From the NCBI RefSeq assembly GCF_001194135.2, contig NC_068984.1, positions 15,125,097-15,168,383 of the forward strand: a stretch of DNA of 43,287 bases, in the 5' to 3' direction. Positions 1 to 11,564 of this stretch are shown here, piece by piece; position 1 is the first letter of the stretch, and the number at the start of each line of letters is the position of its first letter. The translations under genes and the position numbers were made by a program. This stretch comes from Octopus bimaculoides (lineage: Eukaryota). Below the pieces are notes generated by a model, which searched no databases, was not told the DNA's origin, and was given only the letters and a program-made list of their open reading frames with translations.

Positions 1-119
1 ATGTTCCAAATACCAGCTTACTAATGACCAAGTTATTTTATAAAATTCTTCATCATTTTAAAAATTAACTGGAACACAGGCAGAGTATTTCAACAGAAAT
101 ATGGTAACAACAGGATTAA
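1..119. mobile_element. Older, diverged right end of a TTAA-type MITE related to 120-339
   Basis: 1-119 aligns loosely with 227-343 (atgttcc...aagttatttta.taaattctt...ggtaacaacaggattaa vs agtaacgaaagggttaa) and ends at the TTAA 116-119 shared with the next element. Confidence 0.55.
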
Positions 120-343
120 CCCTTTCGTTACCAACCCGGCTGAAACCGGCTCTGGTTCTGAGTACAAATGTCCTGTTTTCAAAAGTTTTGAATTAAAATC
201 TTCCACCAAACCTTAGTCACAATTTATGTTCCTAACACTAGCTGAATGATAACTAAGTTATTTTACTAAATTCTTTGTTATATTTAAAGTAATTGAAAGA
301 AACACAGAGCATCTCAAAATAAATACAGTAACGAAAGGGTTAA
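116..343. mobile_element. piggyBac-like MITE (family MITE1) with TTAA target-site duplication
   Basis: Perfect inverted ends TTAA-CCCTTTCGTTAC (116-131) and GTAACGAAAGGG-TTAA (328-343). CCC termini plus a TTAA TSD are the piggyBac hallmark. No ORF. Confidence 0.8.
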
Positions 344-840
344 GATTTATGAAAGAAAAGGTTAAATTCTGTAAATTCAAGTTGAAGTGACAGAAACAAT
401 CATTTAGAGTAATTTTCTACAAATTAGTTTCATACACAACAGAGGAAACACTTGATCTCTAACATTTTGATTCAGTATCATTTATGTTAAAATCCACAAA
501 ACTTTGGTATTTTATTTCAGGTATATCATCCTTATTGTTTTAATGTCTGCTTTTCCGTGGTTTCATGGGTCAGATGGAGTTTATTGAGGCAGGTTTTTTT
601 ATGGCCAGATGTCCTTCCTTTTGCCAACCCTCACCTGTTTCCAAGCAAGGTGATATTTCCCTGTGGTCAGATATGTTAAGGCAGGATATTGGAAATGAAT
701 GACACTGCACGCATGACAGTGACACTTGTTTACAACTATCACGCAATGTCAAGACAAAGAGATAGAAACTTTCTCTCACACACATACACATAATGGACTT
801 ATTTCAGTTTTTTTATTTTCTATGAAATCCACCTGCAAGG
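138..840 (+). repeat. Left arm of ~700-bp inverted duplication (partner 42586-43287)
   Basis: Direct comparison with the reverse complement of the window end gives about 15-17 differences over ~700 bp. The arm spans a MITE, a unique spacer and a SINE in the same order. Confidence 0.95.
525..840 (-). mobile_element. SINE family E (CORE-like head, (GT)n, GGAAGGNCATC module, GAT tail), head truncated
   Basis: Homologous to the fuller copies at 42474-42900 and 22118-22560; shares tgtcattcatttccaatat and the ggacatctggccataaaa/tctgacccatg tail. Confidence 0.7.
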
Positions 841-849
841 TGGGTCAGT

Positions 850-899
850 CTGACCCATGCAAACATGAAAATGTGAACATTAAGTGATGATGATGATGA
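850..899 (+). mobile_element. Isolated RTE-type retroposon 3' tail
   Basis: ctgacccatgcaaacatgaaaatgtgaacattaagtgatgatgatgatg matches the tail shared by families B and E (acccatgc.agcatggaaa..ggac.ttaaa.(gat)n). Confidence 0.6.
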
Positions 900-1288
900 G
901 TGGCTGTGTGGTAAGTAGCTTACTTACCAACGACATGGTTCCGGGTTCAGTCCCACTGCACGGTACCTTGGACAAGTGTTTTCTACTATAGCCTCAGGCC
1001 GACCAAAGCCTTGTGAGTGGATTTGGTAGACGGAAACTGAAAGAAGCCCGTCGTATATATGTGTATATATGTTTGTGTGTCTGTGTTTGTCCCCCGCCCC
1101 CCAACATCGCTTGACAACCGATGCTGGTGTGTTTACGTCCCCGTAACTTAGAGGTTCGGCAAAAAGAGACCGATAGAATAGGTACTAGGCTTACAAAGAA
1201 TAGGTCCTGGGGTCGATTTGCTCGACTAAAGGCGGTGCTCCAGCATGGCCACAGTCAAATAACTGAAACAAGTGAAAGAATAAAAGAA
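899..1288 (+). mobile_element. SINE family A, near full length (tRNA-derived head, CORE-like segment, AAAAGA tail)
   Basis: A-box-like tggctgtgtggtaag, B-box-like ggttcagtccc, CORE-like accttggacaagtg, central (TA/GT)n, tail gtcaaataactgaaacaagtgaaagaataaaag. Many copies in the window. Confidence 0.85.
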
Positions 1289-2266
1289 GGCAACAATTGA
1301 AAAGATGCATGTGTGCTGCATTTTCTAACATTTTTCAGCAACGAATCAAATCTTGATGACTAATCATATGTTAATGTGTTTACAAATATTTTTGTTTATA
1401 TATTTGCTTATGTACTTCTCTCCTTTGCATTGTTATATTTCCACTGATTTATTCAAAGTTGGCTGTGCCATAGGAAAGAAAGCATTGTATAAAACTAACA
1501 ACTAATGTTGACAGATTCACTGCAATAATTTAAGAACAACAAAACTAACCTCGTTTACAACACATTTTAATCAAAATTTCCAGATACCTGTTATGCCACA
1601 AATTCATATTGTTAAAAATAACACCAAGAAGTAAAAATATAAAGTTCTCATTTGCATATAACTCTCAAGCTTCGTTAAGGAATTATCAAACAGTAAAGCA
1701 ATGTAACATCTATTTAGGAATGAAATAGTACCTTAAGCACAGTGTGAAATATTCAGCAATAGCAAATGGAAACAAAATCAAAAAATATCTGTTGGAGAAT
1801 CAGCTAATGAAGCCAGGAATGTAGGTAAGCTTCAAGACTAATTTGCCAAAATATCCATCAAAGTTGGAAATATGAAAATGGTGAAATTTCTAAAATAAAT
1901 AAATAAATAAATAAATTTCCTTTGTCCTTCTCTTCCAATGATGTATCGACTTTATTTACTAATATTTTTTATATTTTTTTTAATTCTTTAATTTTATTCA
2001 TTTTTTTTTTAAATAGTTCCTTTCCCCTCGTTACCAAAAAAAAAAAACAATCAGCTCAAAGAAATTTCCCTTGGGAGCCAAAATAATGAGTAGAAATAAT
2101 AATAATAATAATAATAATAATATAAAAATATACATACATGTTCTTTGGAATTTTAAAGTCTTTTATGGCAGTAATAGGAAAAAAATGTTATTGCAGTTAC
2201 AATCACTCTTCACTCAATCATTGAACCTAATCCAACCAAATTGGAAGTCGGGCAACATTCCAGGTG

Positions 2267-2592
2267 NNNNNNNNNNNNNNNNNNNNNNNNNNNNNNNNNN
2301 NNNNNNNNNNNNNNNNNNNNNNNNNNNNNNNNNNNNNNNNNNNNNNNNNNNNNNNNNNNNNNNNNNNNNNNNNNNNNNNNNNNNNNNNNNNNNNNNNNNN
2401 NNNNNNNNNNNNNNNNNNNNNNNNNNNNNNNNNNNNNNNNNNNNNNNNNNNNNNNNNNNNNNNNNNNNNNNNNNNNNNNNNNNNNNNNNNNNNNNNNNNN
2501 NNNNNNNNNNNNNNNNNNNNNNNNNNNNNNNNNNNNNNNNNNNNNNNNNNNNNNNNNNNNNNNNNNNNNNNNNNNNNNNNNNNNNNNNNNNN
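2267..2592. other. Assembly gap (N run)
   Basis: Run of N. Other gaps: 7129-7416, 8467-8476, 11906-12158, 15745-15943, 20605-20614, 26876-26885, 31580-31589, 41867-42299. Confidence 1.
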
Positions 2593-2639
<47 letters not shown>

Positions 2640-2795
2640 CATACTCACATATATATACACACACATATATATATACATATATATACACACACACACATAT
2701 ATATATGCATATATATACACACACACACACATATATACATATTTACGTGTGTGTGTATGTATGTTTATATATTTGTGTGTATGTCTATATACATA
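2593..2795. repeat. Compound (TA)/(CA)/(CATA) microsatellite
   Basis: Directly visible; it produces the YIYI/THTH ORFs. Confidence 0.95.
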
Positions 2796-2921
2796 CATCT
2801 GTAGAAACTCTGCCAAATTAGATTGGAGCCTGGTGTAGCCATCCGGTTGCACCAGTCCTCAGTCAAATCGTCCAACCCATGCTAGCATGGAAAGCGGACG
2901 TTAAACGATGATGATGATGAT
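2796..2921 (+). mobile_element. Family B retroposon 3' end with (GAT)n tail
   Basis: ctgtagaaactctgcc...cagtcctcagtcaaatcgtccaacccatgctagcatggaaagcggacgttaaac(gat)n, near-identical to the reverse complement of 12523-12640. Confidence 0.85.
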
Positions 2922-3569
2922 ATGTGTATGTATATATATATGTGTGTGTGTATATATATATATACATACATATATATATAAATACAGACAAGCGCACACA
3001 CATACATAGATGCACCCACTACCCACCACCACCCCACAATATAATAGTCTAGATATTCATTCAGTTCCTATTGTTGCTGTTAATACCATTATCATGTCTA
3101 CATGTCTATCAGTTGCATGCCTGTTACATATTAATTCAGAAGTTTCTATCTGTTCCTTTTACTTTCCATTTTTAGACATCGTTGCTTAAGTTAATTAACT
3201 TTCAACATTCTTCAGATGTTTCCTCATTATCATTCAACACACACACACACTATACATTATACACACATGTTTGCATATATATTGCACATTACTAGCATAG
3301 TTCTCTAAATTCCAAATTCAGCCATTTGCAAATGAACTGTTACAGCAAGTGTTTCAAAATTTGATCAATCAAAATATATTTAATCATAATCTTTTGAGGG
3401 TCAAGAACTTGAGGGAAAGAGAAAGACAAGGAAAAGATAGACAGACAGATAGACAGACTGACAGACAGACAGTGTGCACACACACACATGAGAGCTGAAG
3501 ACAATGTTCTCTGGTAGAAGTGAAAAATAAAAGGGTAAAGAGCAAAAAAACCCTTTGGTCAAGAATGAC

Positions 3570-3868
3570 CATCAGACTCCACCAAGGAAGTTTCCCTCTG
3601 AGGCACAAGTCCAGGCAAAGTTGTTTGTGGAAGATCAGCAGTTGTCCATGCATACCAGCCTCCCCTCTCTGCACCACTGATGTTATCCAAGGGAAAGGAA
3701 AAGGTTGATACAGCTTAGCACACCAGTGACATTGCAACTCATTTCTACATCTGAATGAACTGGAGCAACATGGAAAATAACACAGCACACACATCCTGGT
3801 CTGAGAATCAAACTCACAACCTCGTAATTGTAAGCCCAGTGCTCTAACCACTAAGCCATATGCCTTCA
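3570..3868 (-). mobile_element. SINE family D (tRNA-derived head)
   Basis: Reverse complement gtgaaggcatatggcttagtggttagagcactgggcttacaattacgaggttgtgagtttgattctc matches the heads at 8477 and 18162; body matches 8570-8740. Confidence 0.7.
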
Positions 3869-4255
3869 CATAGAAGTGAAGGTAGTTAACTTGATAAGAT
3901 ATTGGTCAACCATCACATTGGTATTAAGTGCTCCATTGCATATTTGAGCTATATACTCAATTCCCTAAATTTTAATTCACATTTTATTCATTTGTGCATT
4001 TCATGTAATGTTTGATTTTTCATGTTAGCAAGGTTTAAACAGTGGGGAATTAAGGCAAGACTTTTAAAGCAGGTTACTTTTACTGTCACCAACCTTTGTT
4101 TCTAAATAAAGCTTTTATTTATTTATTCATCTTTTATTCCAGAGAATTCGAAAGCACAGAGCTAGCAAAGGATTCGTTGACAGGAAATGTCAGCTGATGT
4201 CACTGTCTGTAGCCATCAGAGTAGTTCTGTAAATGTCCACACACATAAACACACA

Positions 4256-4420
4256 TATGACAGGCTTTCTTCAGTTTTGTTTCTCAAATTCTCTCTCAAG
4301 TCTTTGGTTAGCATGAAGCTTTAGGAGAAGATAATGCCCAAGGTGCCATGCAGTGGGACTGAACCCAAAGCCACATGGTAGAGAAGCAAACTTCTTAACC
4401 ACATAGCCATGCATGCACCT
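4256..4420 (-). mobile_element. SINE family A/E head
   Basis: aggctttcttcagtttt...cccaaggtgccatgcagtgggactgaaccc...ttaaccacatagccatgc is the reverse complement of the family A 5' region. Confidence 0.75.
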
Positions 4421-6154
4421 GTGGGTTTCAGTTCAACTAGTTATCAAAATTAGAAAGCATATCAGGTGACATTACAATCTTAGACTGATGCCTTAACCAA
4501 GAGAGAATTTGTTTCATATCTACATAAAAATATAATAAATATATTTTATATCTACATAAAAATAACTTAAAGATAAGAAGTTCTTTTAATATGGATATGC
4601 TCTCTTTCCTTGGTTTTGGTCTTGTGATCTAAGAATTAATGCAATAATCTGAAATATCAGACTTACATGATCTAAATATACTATTAATTATACATCTTTT
4701 TGATCAGGAGATTTTTTGGGGGTGTTAAGTTGCGTAACATTAAAGTGACATCCATTTGTGGTATGCTCCTGGCAAGCTAAGTCTATATGCTTAGGTTTGA
4801 TTCCCAGTCAAGCAATTTTACTTAATCAACTCATCAATAATTTGTAGTTGTAGTCAACAGTAGCCTGGAACTGGATAGGCATTACCAGGATGACATGGCT
4901 TCTACACACCACATGAGGATGAAATCTTGTGTGAAGGGTTGTAAGATGTATGTTGCGTAACATTTTAGCGAATCAGTCTTACATTTTCTAATTGGTTGTT
5001 TACCACATCCAGATTTTTTATCTTTGTTCAAGGGCTCTGCTCATAATATGATTTTGGTTTCGTAACTGAACGCAATAACCTACAGATACTCCATGAACTG
5101 CTATAATTTAGAGTTATGAGGTCCATTCAAAACATCTGAGTGTGTATGGTATCGAACTACCATGGTGTATTTAGGCAGTATATTTCATTCTAGATACTTT
5201 GGTTTATTGGGTTATCAGGAATAGGAATCAGATTCAATAGAATTTTTACTTGCTATAGATTGCTATCCTATACAAAAGGGAGATTTATTTTTCATCTGAT
5301 TAATGCTATGAGAGCAGAGAAAACACCGGATTTTTAAAAAATCTCCCAGGAATTATAAGGTATTTACATTGTATTTAGAATTATGGTTAGATACAAACCT
5401 TGGTAGTCAAAAATTACTTTATACTGCAATGATCTTTTGACATTTCTATCACACCATTTTATGCAGAAATCATCTCAAATTCAAAGAAGTATCAGTTACA
5501 ATCAAGATATTGGATCACCTAAAGATTCAGAATATAGTCTCTATCACAATCATTCCATATATAAACCATCTCTACTTCCAAGAGATTTCATAGCTATGGT
5601 TAGAATATTAGATGAACTACAGACATAAAGAGAATTAGTTTTACATGTGAGAAATTTAATTTCAATTCTACCACTAGCATTCACACTAGACAGCTTCTAC
5701 ACAGTCACTCAACCTGCAAGAAACAACAGTCACATCTCTTTGAAATCACACTATGATTTCAAAAGATAATGTCATCTTACAAATCTTTTAAAGGATAAGA
5801 TGGAAGTGACAGACTGTCTCATAGGCCTGTTAGATTAGGGTTTGCATAATCTAAATTAAACAATAATTGTAGTGTGACTTTAGGCAAACTATAAGATTCT
5901 CATTGATTTATTCAACCTTAATGAAAATAAATGGCTTTACCATTTCTATTTCACAGTTGGATGGTTGGCATAAAGTAGTGTATTTGGCCTTAGGTGGTTT
6001 ACATTTTGAGACCTACTTATAGATTATCTGCTGCTAAAAATTTATGCAAAATATTTAAACTGGAAGAATTAGTCAAGTAAAGTCGTAAGGAAATGGATAA
6101 AAAAATGTTTAGAAAATGCTTTAGAGTTAAGAAACGATATATTCTTTTATATTC

Positions 6155-6300
6155 TATTTGTTGCAGACACTGGATTGCGACCATACTGGGGTACCACCCT
6201 GAAGAGATTAATCAAACAAATCAACTTCAGTACTTTGTTGAACTATTAAAGTTAGAAACATAAACAAACCAATACCAGTTATTAAGTGCTAGCCAGGGGG

Positions 6301-6339
<39 letters not shown>

Positions 6340-6499
6340 CTATCTATCTATCTATATATATATATATATACACACACACATACATACACATATATATATA
6401 CATACATACACATATATATATACATACATACATACACATATACATACATACATACATATATACATACATACATACATACATATATACATACATACATAT

Positions 6500-6558
<59 letters not shown>

Positions 6559-6680
6559 ACAGTTCCACGCAATTTTCATCTACTGAGTTCACTCAGAAGG
6601 CATTGGTCAGAGTGGGGATGTAGTAGAAGACACTTGCCCAAAATGCCAGGCAGTGAGTTAGCAATAGAAATGGCACCTGA
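6155..6680 (-). mobile_element. Diverged family A SINE with expanded central microsatellite (6302-6557)
   Basis: Tail-like gcgaccatactggggtaccaccctgaag (6176-6203) and head-like cactcagaaggcattggtcag...gacacttgcccaa (6590-6640) flank ~255 bp of (CA)/(TA)/(CATA). Confidence 0.6.
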
Positions 6681-6896
6681 CTGTAGAACATTTTGTCTCG
6701 ACAAGTTCTATCCGACCTATGCAAGAATGGAAGAGTGGCTGATGATGATAAGTGCCTGGAGAAAATGGTGGGGTAGTCATGCTTGGAATGCGTTTGCACA
6801 CTGACCTACACAGTCACGCTGGGTAACAGTCAGGGACTAAAAACAACTTATCCGGTATGTCAGATAAGAAAAGTTTAATGTAAAAAGTGAAATTTA

Positions 6897-7128
6897 CTCT
6901 TTTACTTGTTTCAGTCATTTGACAGTGGCCATGCTGGAGCACCGCCTTTAGTCGAGCAAATCGACCCCAGGACTTATTCTTTGTAAGCCTAGTACTTATT
7001 CTATCAGTCTCTTTTGTCGAACTGCATATTACGGGGGCGTAAACACACTAGGATTGGTTGTCAAGCGATGGTGGGGGGGACAAACACAGACACACAAACA
7101 CACATTATATATATATATATATATATAT
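6897..7128 (-). mobile_element. SINE family A 3' half, running into a gap
   Basis: ctcttttacttgtttcagtcatttgac.gtggccatgctggagcaccgcctttagtcgagcaaatcgacccc is the reverse complement of 1190-1285. Confidence 0.85.
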
Positions 7129-7664
7129 NNNNNNNNNNNNNNNNNNNNNNNNNNNNNNNNNNNNNNNNNNNNNNNNNNNNNNNNNNNNNNNNNNNNNNNN
7201 NNNNNNNNNNNNNNNNNNNNNNNNNNNNNNNNNNNNNNNNNNNNNNNNNNNNNNNNNNNNNNNNNNNNNNNNNNNNNNNNNNNNNNNNNNNNNNNNNNNN
7301 NNNNNNNNNNNNNNNNNNNNNNNNNNNNNNNNNNNNNNNNNNNNNNNNNNNNNNNNNNNNNNNNNNNNNNNNNNNNNNNNNNNNNNNNNNNNNNNNNNNN
7401 NNNNNNNNNNNNNNNNTTTTTTTTTTTTTTTTTTTTTTTTCCATTTGAAGAATGGTCTTAATGAATAATTGTTGTGTGACTTACCATAAGACTGGGTAGA
7501 TCAGTTGGTCAGTGTTTTGATGCTTTCTCTTTAGACATGATTATAAACAAGTTGCAAGAGGCTGGAGGAGTATTCTAGATGACAAAAAGAAAAAAGAAAC
7601 AAAATAGAATTTTTCTCATCATAATAATTCATAATTGACATTTTTTTTTATAACTAATATCTTT

Positions 7665-7856
7665 TTGCTTCTACTTGTTTCAGTTGTAAGACTGTTGAAG
7701 AATTTTCAGTTAAATGAATCAAACACAATGTTTTCTTTTTTAAATTTTAACCCAGTACTTATTTTATCAGTCTCTTTTGCTGAACTGCTAAGTTAGGGGA
7801 CATAAATAAACCAACACTGGTTGTCAAGCAGTGGTGAGGAACAAACATGTATGCAT

Positions 7857-7860
<4 letters not shown>
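7665..7860 (-). mobile_element. Diverged family A SINE 3' part
   Basis: ctacttgtttcagttg...tcagtctcttttgctgaactgctaagttaggggacataaataaaccaacactggttgtcaagc. Confidence 0.6.
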
Positions 7861-7893
<33 letters not shown>

Positions 7894-7929
7894 TATATAT
7901 AAAAGCACACACCTACATACATTATATAT

Positions 7930-8345
7930 TATCATCATCATTGTTTAACGTCCGCTTTCCATGCTGGCATGGGTTTGACAGTTTGACTGGGGGCTGGCGA
8001 GCCAGAAGGCTGCACAAGGCTCCAATCCGATCTGGCAATGTTTCTATAGCTGGATGCCCTTCCTAATGCCAACCACTCCAAGAGTGTAGTGGGTGCTTTT
8101 TACGTTCCACCGGCACGAGGACCAGTAAGGTGGTACTGGCATCGGCCTCGCTCTAATGGTGCTTTTTACATGCCACCAGCACAGGACCAGTCAGCCGGCA
8201 GTGGCTCAAATGGTGCTCCTTACATGCCAGTGGTACAGGTGCCAATCAGGTGGTACTGTCATCAGCCACAACAATGGCTTCACTTGACTCAACAAGTCTT
8301 CACAAACACAGTTTATTCTCAGTGTTCATTGCCCCTGAGCATTTG
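7930..8345 (-). mobile_element. Family B retroposon with internal repeat modules
   Basis: (cat)n tail, ggatgcccttcctaatgccaaccactcc, and repeated ggtgctttttac.tgccacc.gcac units near 8092, 8159 and 8213. Confidence 0.8.
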
Positions 8346-8476
8346 CCACACACAAAATCTATCTTCCCAGTCAGCCTTCTTTTGATATTGCTGCACCTCT
8401 TATGTGTCCATAGCTTACACTGAGTACATCTTATGGTTCAGTGGTTAGAGCATTGGGCTCACAATCNNNNNNNNNN

Positions 8477-8770
8477 TCTTATGGTTCAGTGGTTAGAGCA
8501 TTGGGCTCACAATCATGAAGTAGTGAGTTCAATTCCCAGACTGGGCTGTGTGTTGTGTTCTTCAGCAAGATATTTTATTTCACGTTGCTTCAGTTCACCC
8601 TGCTGTAGAAATGAGTTGCAATGTCACTGGTGCCAAGCGGTATTAGCCTTGGCCTTTCTCTTAGATAATAGTGGTGGCGTGGGGAGGCTGGTAAGGATTG
8701 GCAACTGGAAGGGTATCCAGCTGTCGAAAATCTGCCTCAAGAAATTCTGTTAAAACAATGATGAAGATGA
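8477..8770 (+). mobile_element. SINE family D variant with GGAAGGGTATCCAGC module
   Basis: tggttcagtggttagagcattgggctcacaatcatgaagtagtgagttcaattccc (A and B boxes); body shared with 3570-3868. Confidence 0.75.
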
Positions 8771-9289
8771 CGATAACCTAATAAATTCTCAAATAAACAT
8801 TATTACTCATAGTAAATATATTCTTTAGTTTATTTTTTCTTTAACTTTTACAAGTTTTTTGTTTAATTTAAATTCATATGATTAAATATTTCAAATTAAT
8901 GTCGTTCCAAAAAAATCCCTTGGGTGTCTTGGTAATTGTTATATCTGAGGAGGAAGGTATAATTCTCATAAACCATGGTGGTCTTGTCAGATTAGTAAGT
9001 CTGAAAAGTATGTGTGAAGTTGATTTGACTGTTACTGTGTTGCTTGAAAATTACATTTTAGCATATCTCAGTCAGTGTACTGGAAAAAAAGGAAGTCTAA
9101 CTACATAAGGCGGCAGATTTGGGTTATACGGACCGCATATAATCCAAATTGATAAGTTACATGTGTTTCGCAACAACCAGATTTGTAATATGGAAACGTA
9201 CACCATTAATAATATTCTCAAAGAAAGAGAAAAATGCTGTTGCAGTATTAAAATCCTAGTGTTGGGAGAGGGACAGGGGTAGGGCTCAT

Positions 9290-9780
9290 GAAGGGATGGC
9301 ATCCAAATTGGATAGACGAATATTGAGGTGGTTTGGCCATATGGAGAGGATAGATGAGGAGCTGATGGTAAGGAAGGTGATGAGGGCTGAAGTGGTAGGC
9401 AGCAGAACCAGAAGCAGACCTCGGTTTGTGTGGATGGATGGAGTGAGGAAAGCTTTGGTGGTTAGAGGTGTTGGAATGAGAGAGGCAAGAGAGTTTATAA
9501 ATAATAGGAAAGCTTGGAGAGTATTTGTGGGTGGAGGAGTGAATTTTGATGTTGCTCAAAGGAGTATGGGACCAGTACAATGCGGTGGGGGTAAAGCAGC
9601 GTATGCTATTGGACCCTGCTGCTGATATTGGGGGTTGCATTCTATGCCTTGACCCCAGCATAGAACAGGGCTCGCTCCTTTCAGCTGGGAAATGAATGGA
9701 ATGCCTGATGTGTGTCTTGTGGCTACCTGTTCCTAAAAAAAAAAATGGGGAATAGTTCTGGGTGTATATATATATATATA
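9290..9780 (+). mobile_element. 5'-truncated RTE-clade LINE 3' fragment (ORF C-terminus plus 3' UTR)
   Basis: ORF 9296-9625 reads LRWFGHMERIDEE...VVGSRTRSRPRFVWMDGVRKAL...NRKAWR, matching the RTE C-terminal pattern LRWFGHVxRM...GxRxRGRPxxxWxD...DRxxWR. No upstream RT domain; ends near a (TA)n run. Confidence 0.85.
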
Positions 9781-10109
9781 ATTATTTTTGAAAAGTGTAT
9801 GAAATCTTTAGATTCCTATTTCCCCTTTCTTTTAATTCTTGAGCTTTTGATGAATAAATTGTTATTGCTTTCGAGATAAGTTAATGTGAATATAATATGG
9901 CTTTATGGCGCTTTGTTTGGGGTTGTATGTTTTTCACTTGAAATCGTACTAGAACTGACAGTACTTTTACTCAGGTAAAATAGATTTTAGTGTTACATTG
10001 GGATGAGTTCAATACAAAAACTATTCTTAATCAGTGGTAGGAGCTCTCTTTTGGCTAGGGAGCAACTAGGTGACCTCCCTAGTGCTGGTGCAACAAAAAA
10101 ATAATGAAA

Positions 10110-10284
10110 AGAAGATCCAGTATTCTCTGAAAAATGGCTGATGCTAGGAAAGGCATCCAGCAGTAGAGACCATGCCGAAACAGAGACATTGGAGCAAGAT
10201 GCAATCCTCTGACCTGTCAAATCCTATCAAACCATCCGACTCATGTCAACATTTTAAAACGCAAAAGATGATGATGATGATGAA
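10110..10284 (+). mobile_element. Family B/E-type 3' module with (GAT)n tail
   Basis: ggaaaggcatccagcagtagagacc...aaaccatccgactcatgtc...(atg)n. Confidence 0.65.
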
Positions 10285-10459
10285 GACTCATACACTAGAA
10301 ATTATTTATACAGTGAGGTTTGTGAAGAGAACTAGAAATAGTACATATTTTGGCTCATTCAAATTGAATGTAAATATAATTCCACAAAAAGAAAAGACAT
10401 CTTGTATATGAGAAAGTCAAATGCAAGTATTGTAAACACACCCACCCACACCCATCCAT

Positions 10460-10497
<38 letters not shown>

Positions 10498-10784
10498 TTT
10501 GTCTGAGAGAGGAATTTTTTTTTTATTTTTAAAGTTCTTAGAGTGTTTATTTACAGTAACAAAATTCGACCAGGTGACGTTCATTCAATAATTGGCCTCA
10601 ATCTAACTTAAATATCAACAATTCCTGTGCCACACTGTCAAATTCTCCTAGAACTAACCTTGAACTTTTGTTTTTGCTTCTGGCTGCTCAATTATTTCAC
10701 ACAGCAATCAGTATGGAAAATATCTAAGCAACAAACAAGAAATTGCTCAAATAAAAAAGACTAACCATCATCATCATTATTATT

Positions 10785-11325
10785 TAATGCCTACTTTTCC
10801 ATGCTTGCAGAAGTCAGATGGAATTTAATGAGGCAAATTTTCTATGACTGGATGCCCTTTCTATTGTCAAACCTCGCCTCTTTCAAAGCAAATTTCCTCA
10901 ATCTTCAAGTTCTGAGTTCAAATTCCACCAAGGGCGACTTTGCCTTTCATCCTTTTGGGTGTTGATAAAATAAGTACCAGTTGTAATTGACTGCTCCAAA
11001 ATTACTGGCCTTGTGCTAAAATTTGAAACTGATATTTTCCCATAGATAAACATGTTTTTCATGGAAGACCAGAAACAAACAACCTTGTTTATATGGCAAT
11101 GATGCTTGCTTACAACCATCATGTGATATCGTAATATCAAGACAAGGATACATACAAACAAACATACACACACACACACACAACAGGCTTCTTTCAGTTT
11201 CCTTCTACCATATCCACTCACAAGGCTATAGTAGAAGACATTTGCCCAAGGTGCAGCACAGTGGAACTGAACCCAAGACCACATGACTGGAAAGTAATCT
11301 TCTTGACCACAGAACCATACCTAAA
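10785..11325 (-). mobile_element. SINE family E interrupted by a family C copy
   Basis: Tail at 10785-10880; body resumes at tgatattttccc (~11031); head gacatttgcccaaggtgcagcacagtggaactgaaccc at ~11237-11320. Confidence 0.65.
10893..11030 (+). mobile_element. 5'-truncated SINE family C nested in family E
   Basis: gttctgagttcaaattccaccaagggcgactttgcctttcatcctttt...gataaaataagtaccag...ggccttgtgc. Confidence 0.75.
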
Positions 11326-11564
11326 GAATGAAAATTACAGTTGCTTTGATTTGTAAGATATTAAAATACATTTTGTTCCTTTGCCTCACTCATTAATCTG
11401 GTATCTAGAACATTAATTTACATGGAATTTTGATGAATGACTTCAATTTAGATTACTTTAAGGCAAGGAGTTTGTAAGATAGAAGCAGGGATAGCTTAAG
11501 CGTATAGGTAGCAAAAAGGTTAAGAGTATATAGGTATCAAAAAGCATATGGGTCTCAAAAATGG

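Noticed and set aside
899-970. tRNA-like heads (also 8477, 11565, 18162, 31397) as tRNA genes
   Set aside because: They lack a complete cloverleaf and continue into SINE bodies.
2071-2852. Long ORFs across N gaps (also 7014-7468, 11821-12249, 41753-42447)
   Set aside because: They consist of X runs and YI/TH dipeptides from microsatellites.
4990-5630. Coding-like composition with short ORFs
   Set aside because: All frames are interrupted and no motif is recognisable; possibly an ancient transposon remnant.
8429-8514. 38-bp direct repeat either side of a 10-N gap
   Set aside because: An exact duplication abutting a 10-N gap is typical of unmerged contig overlap.
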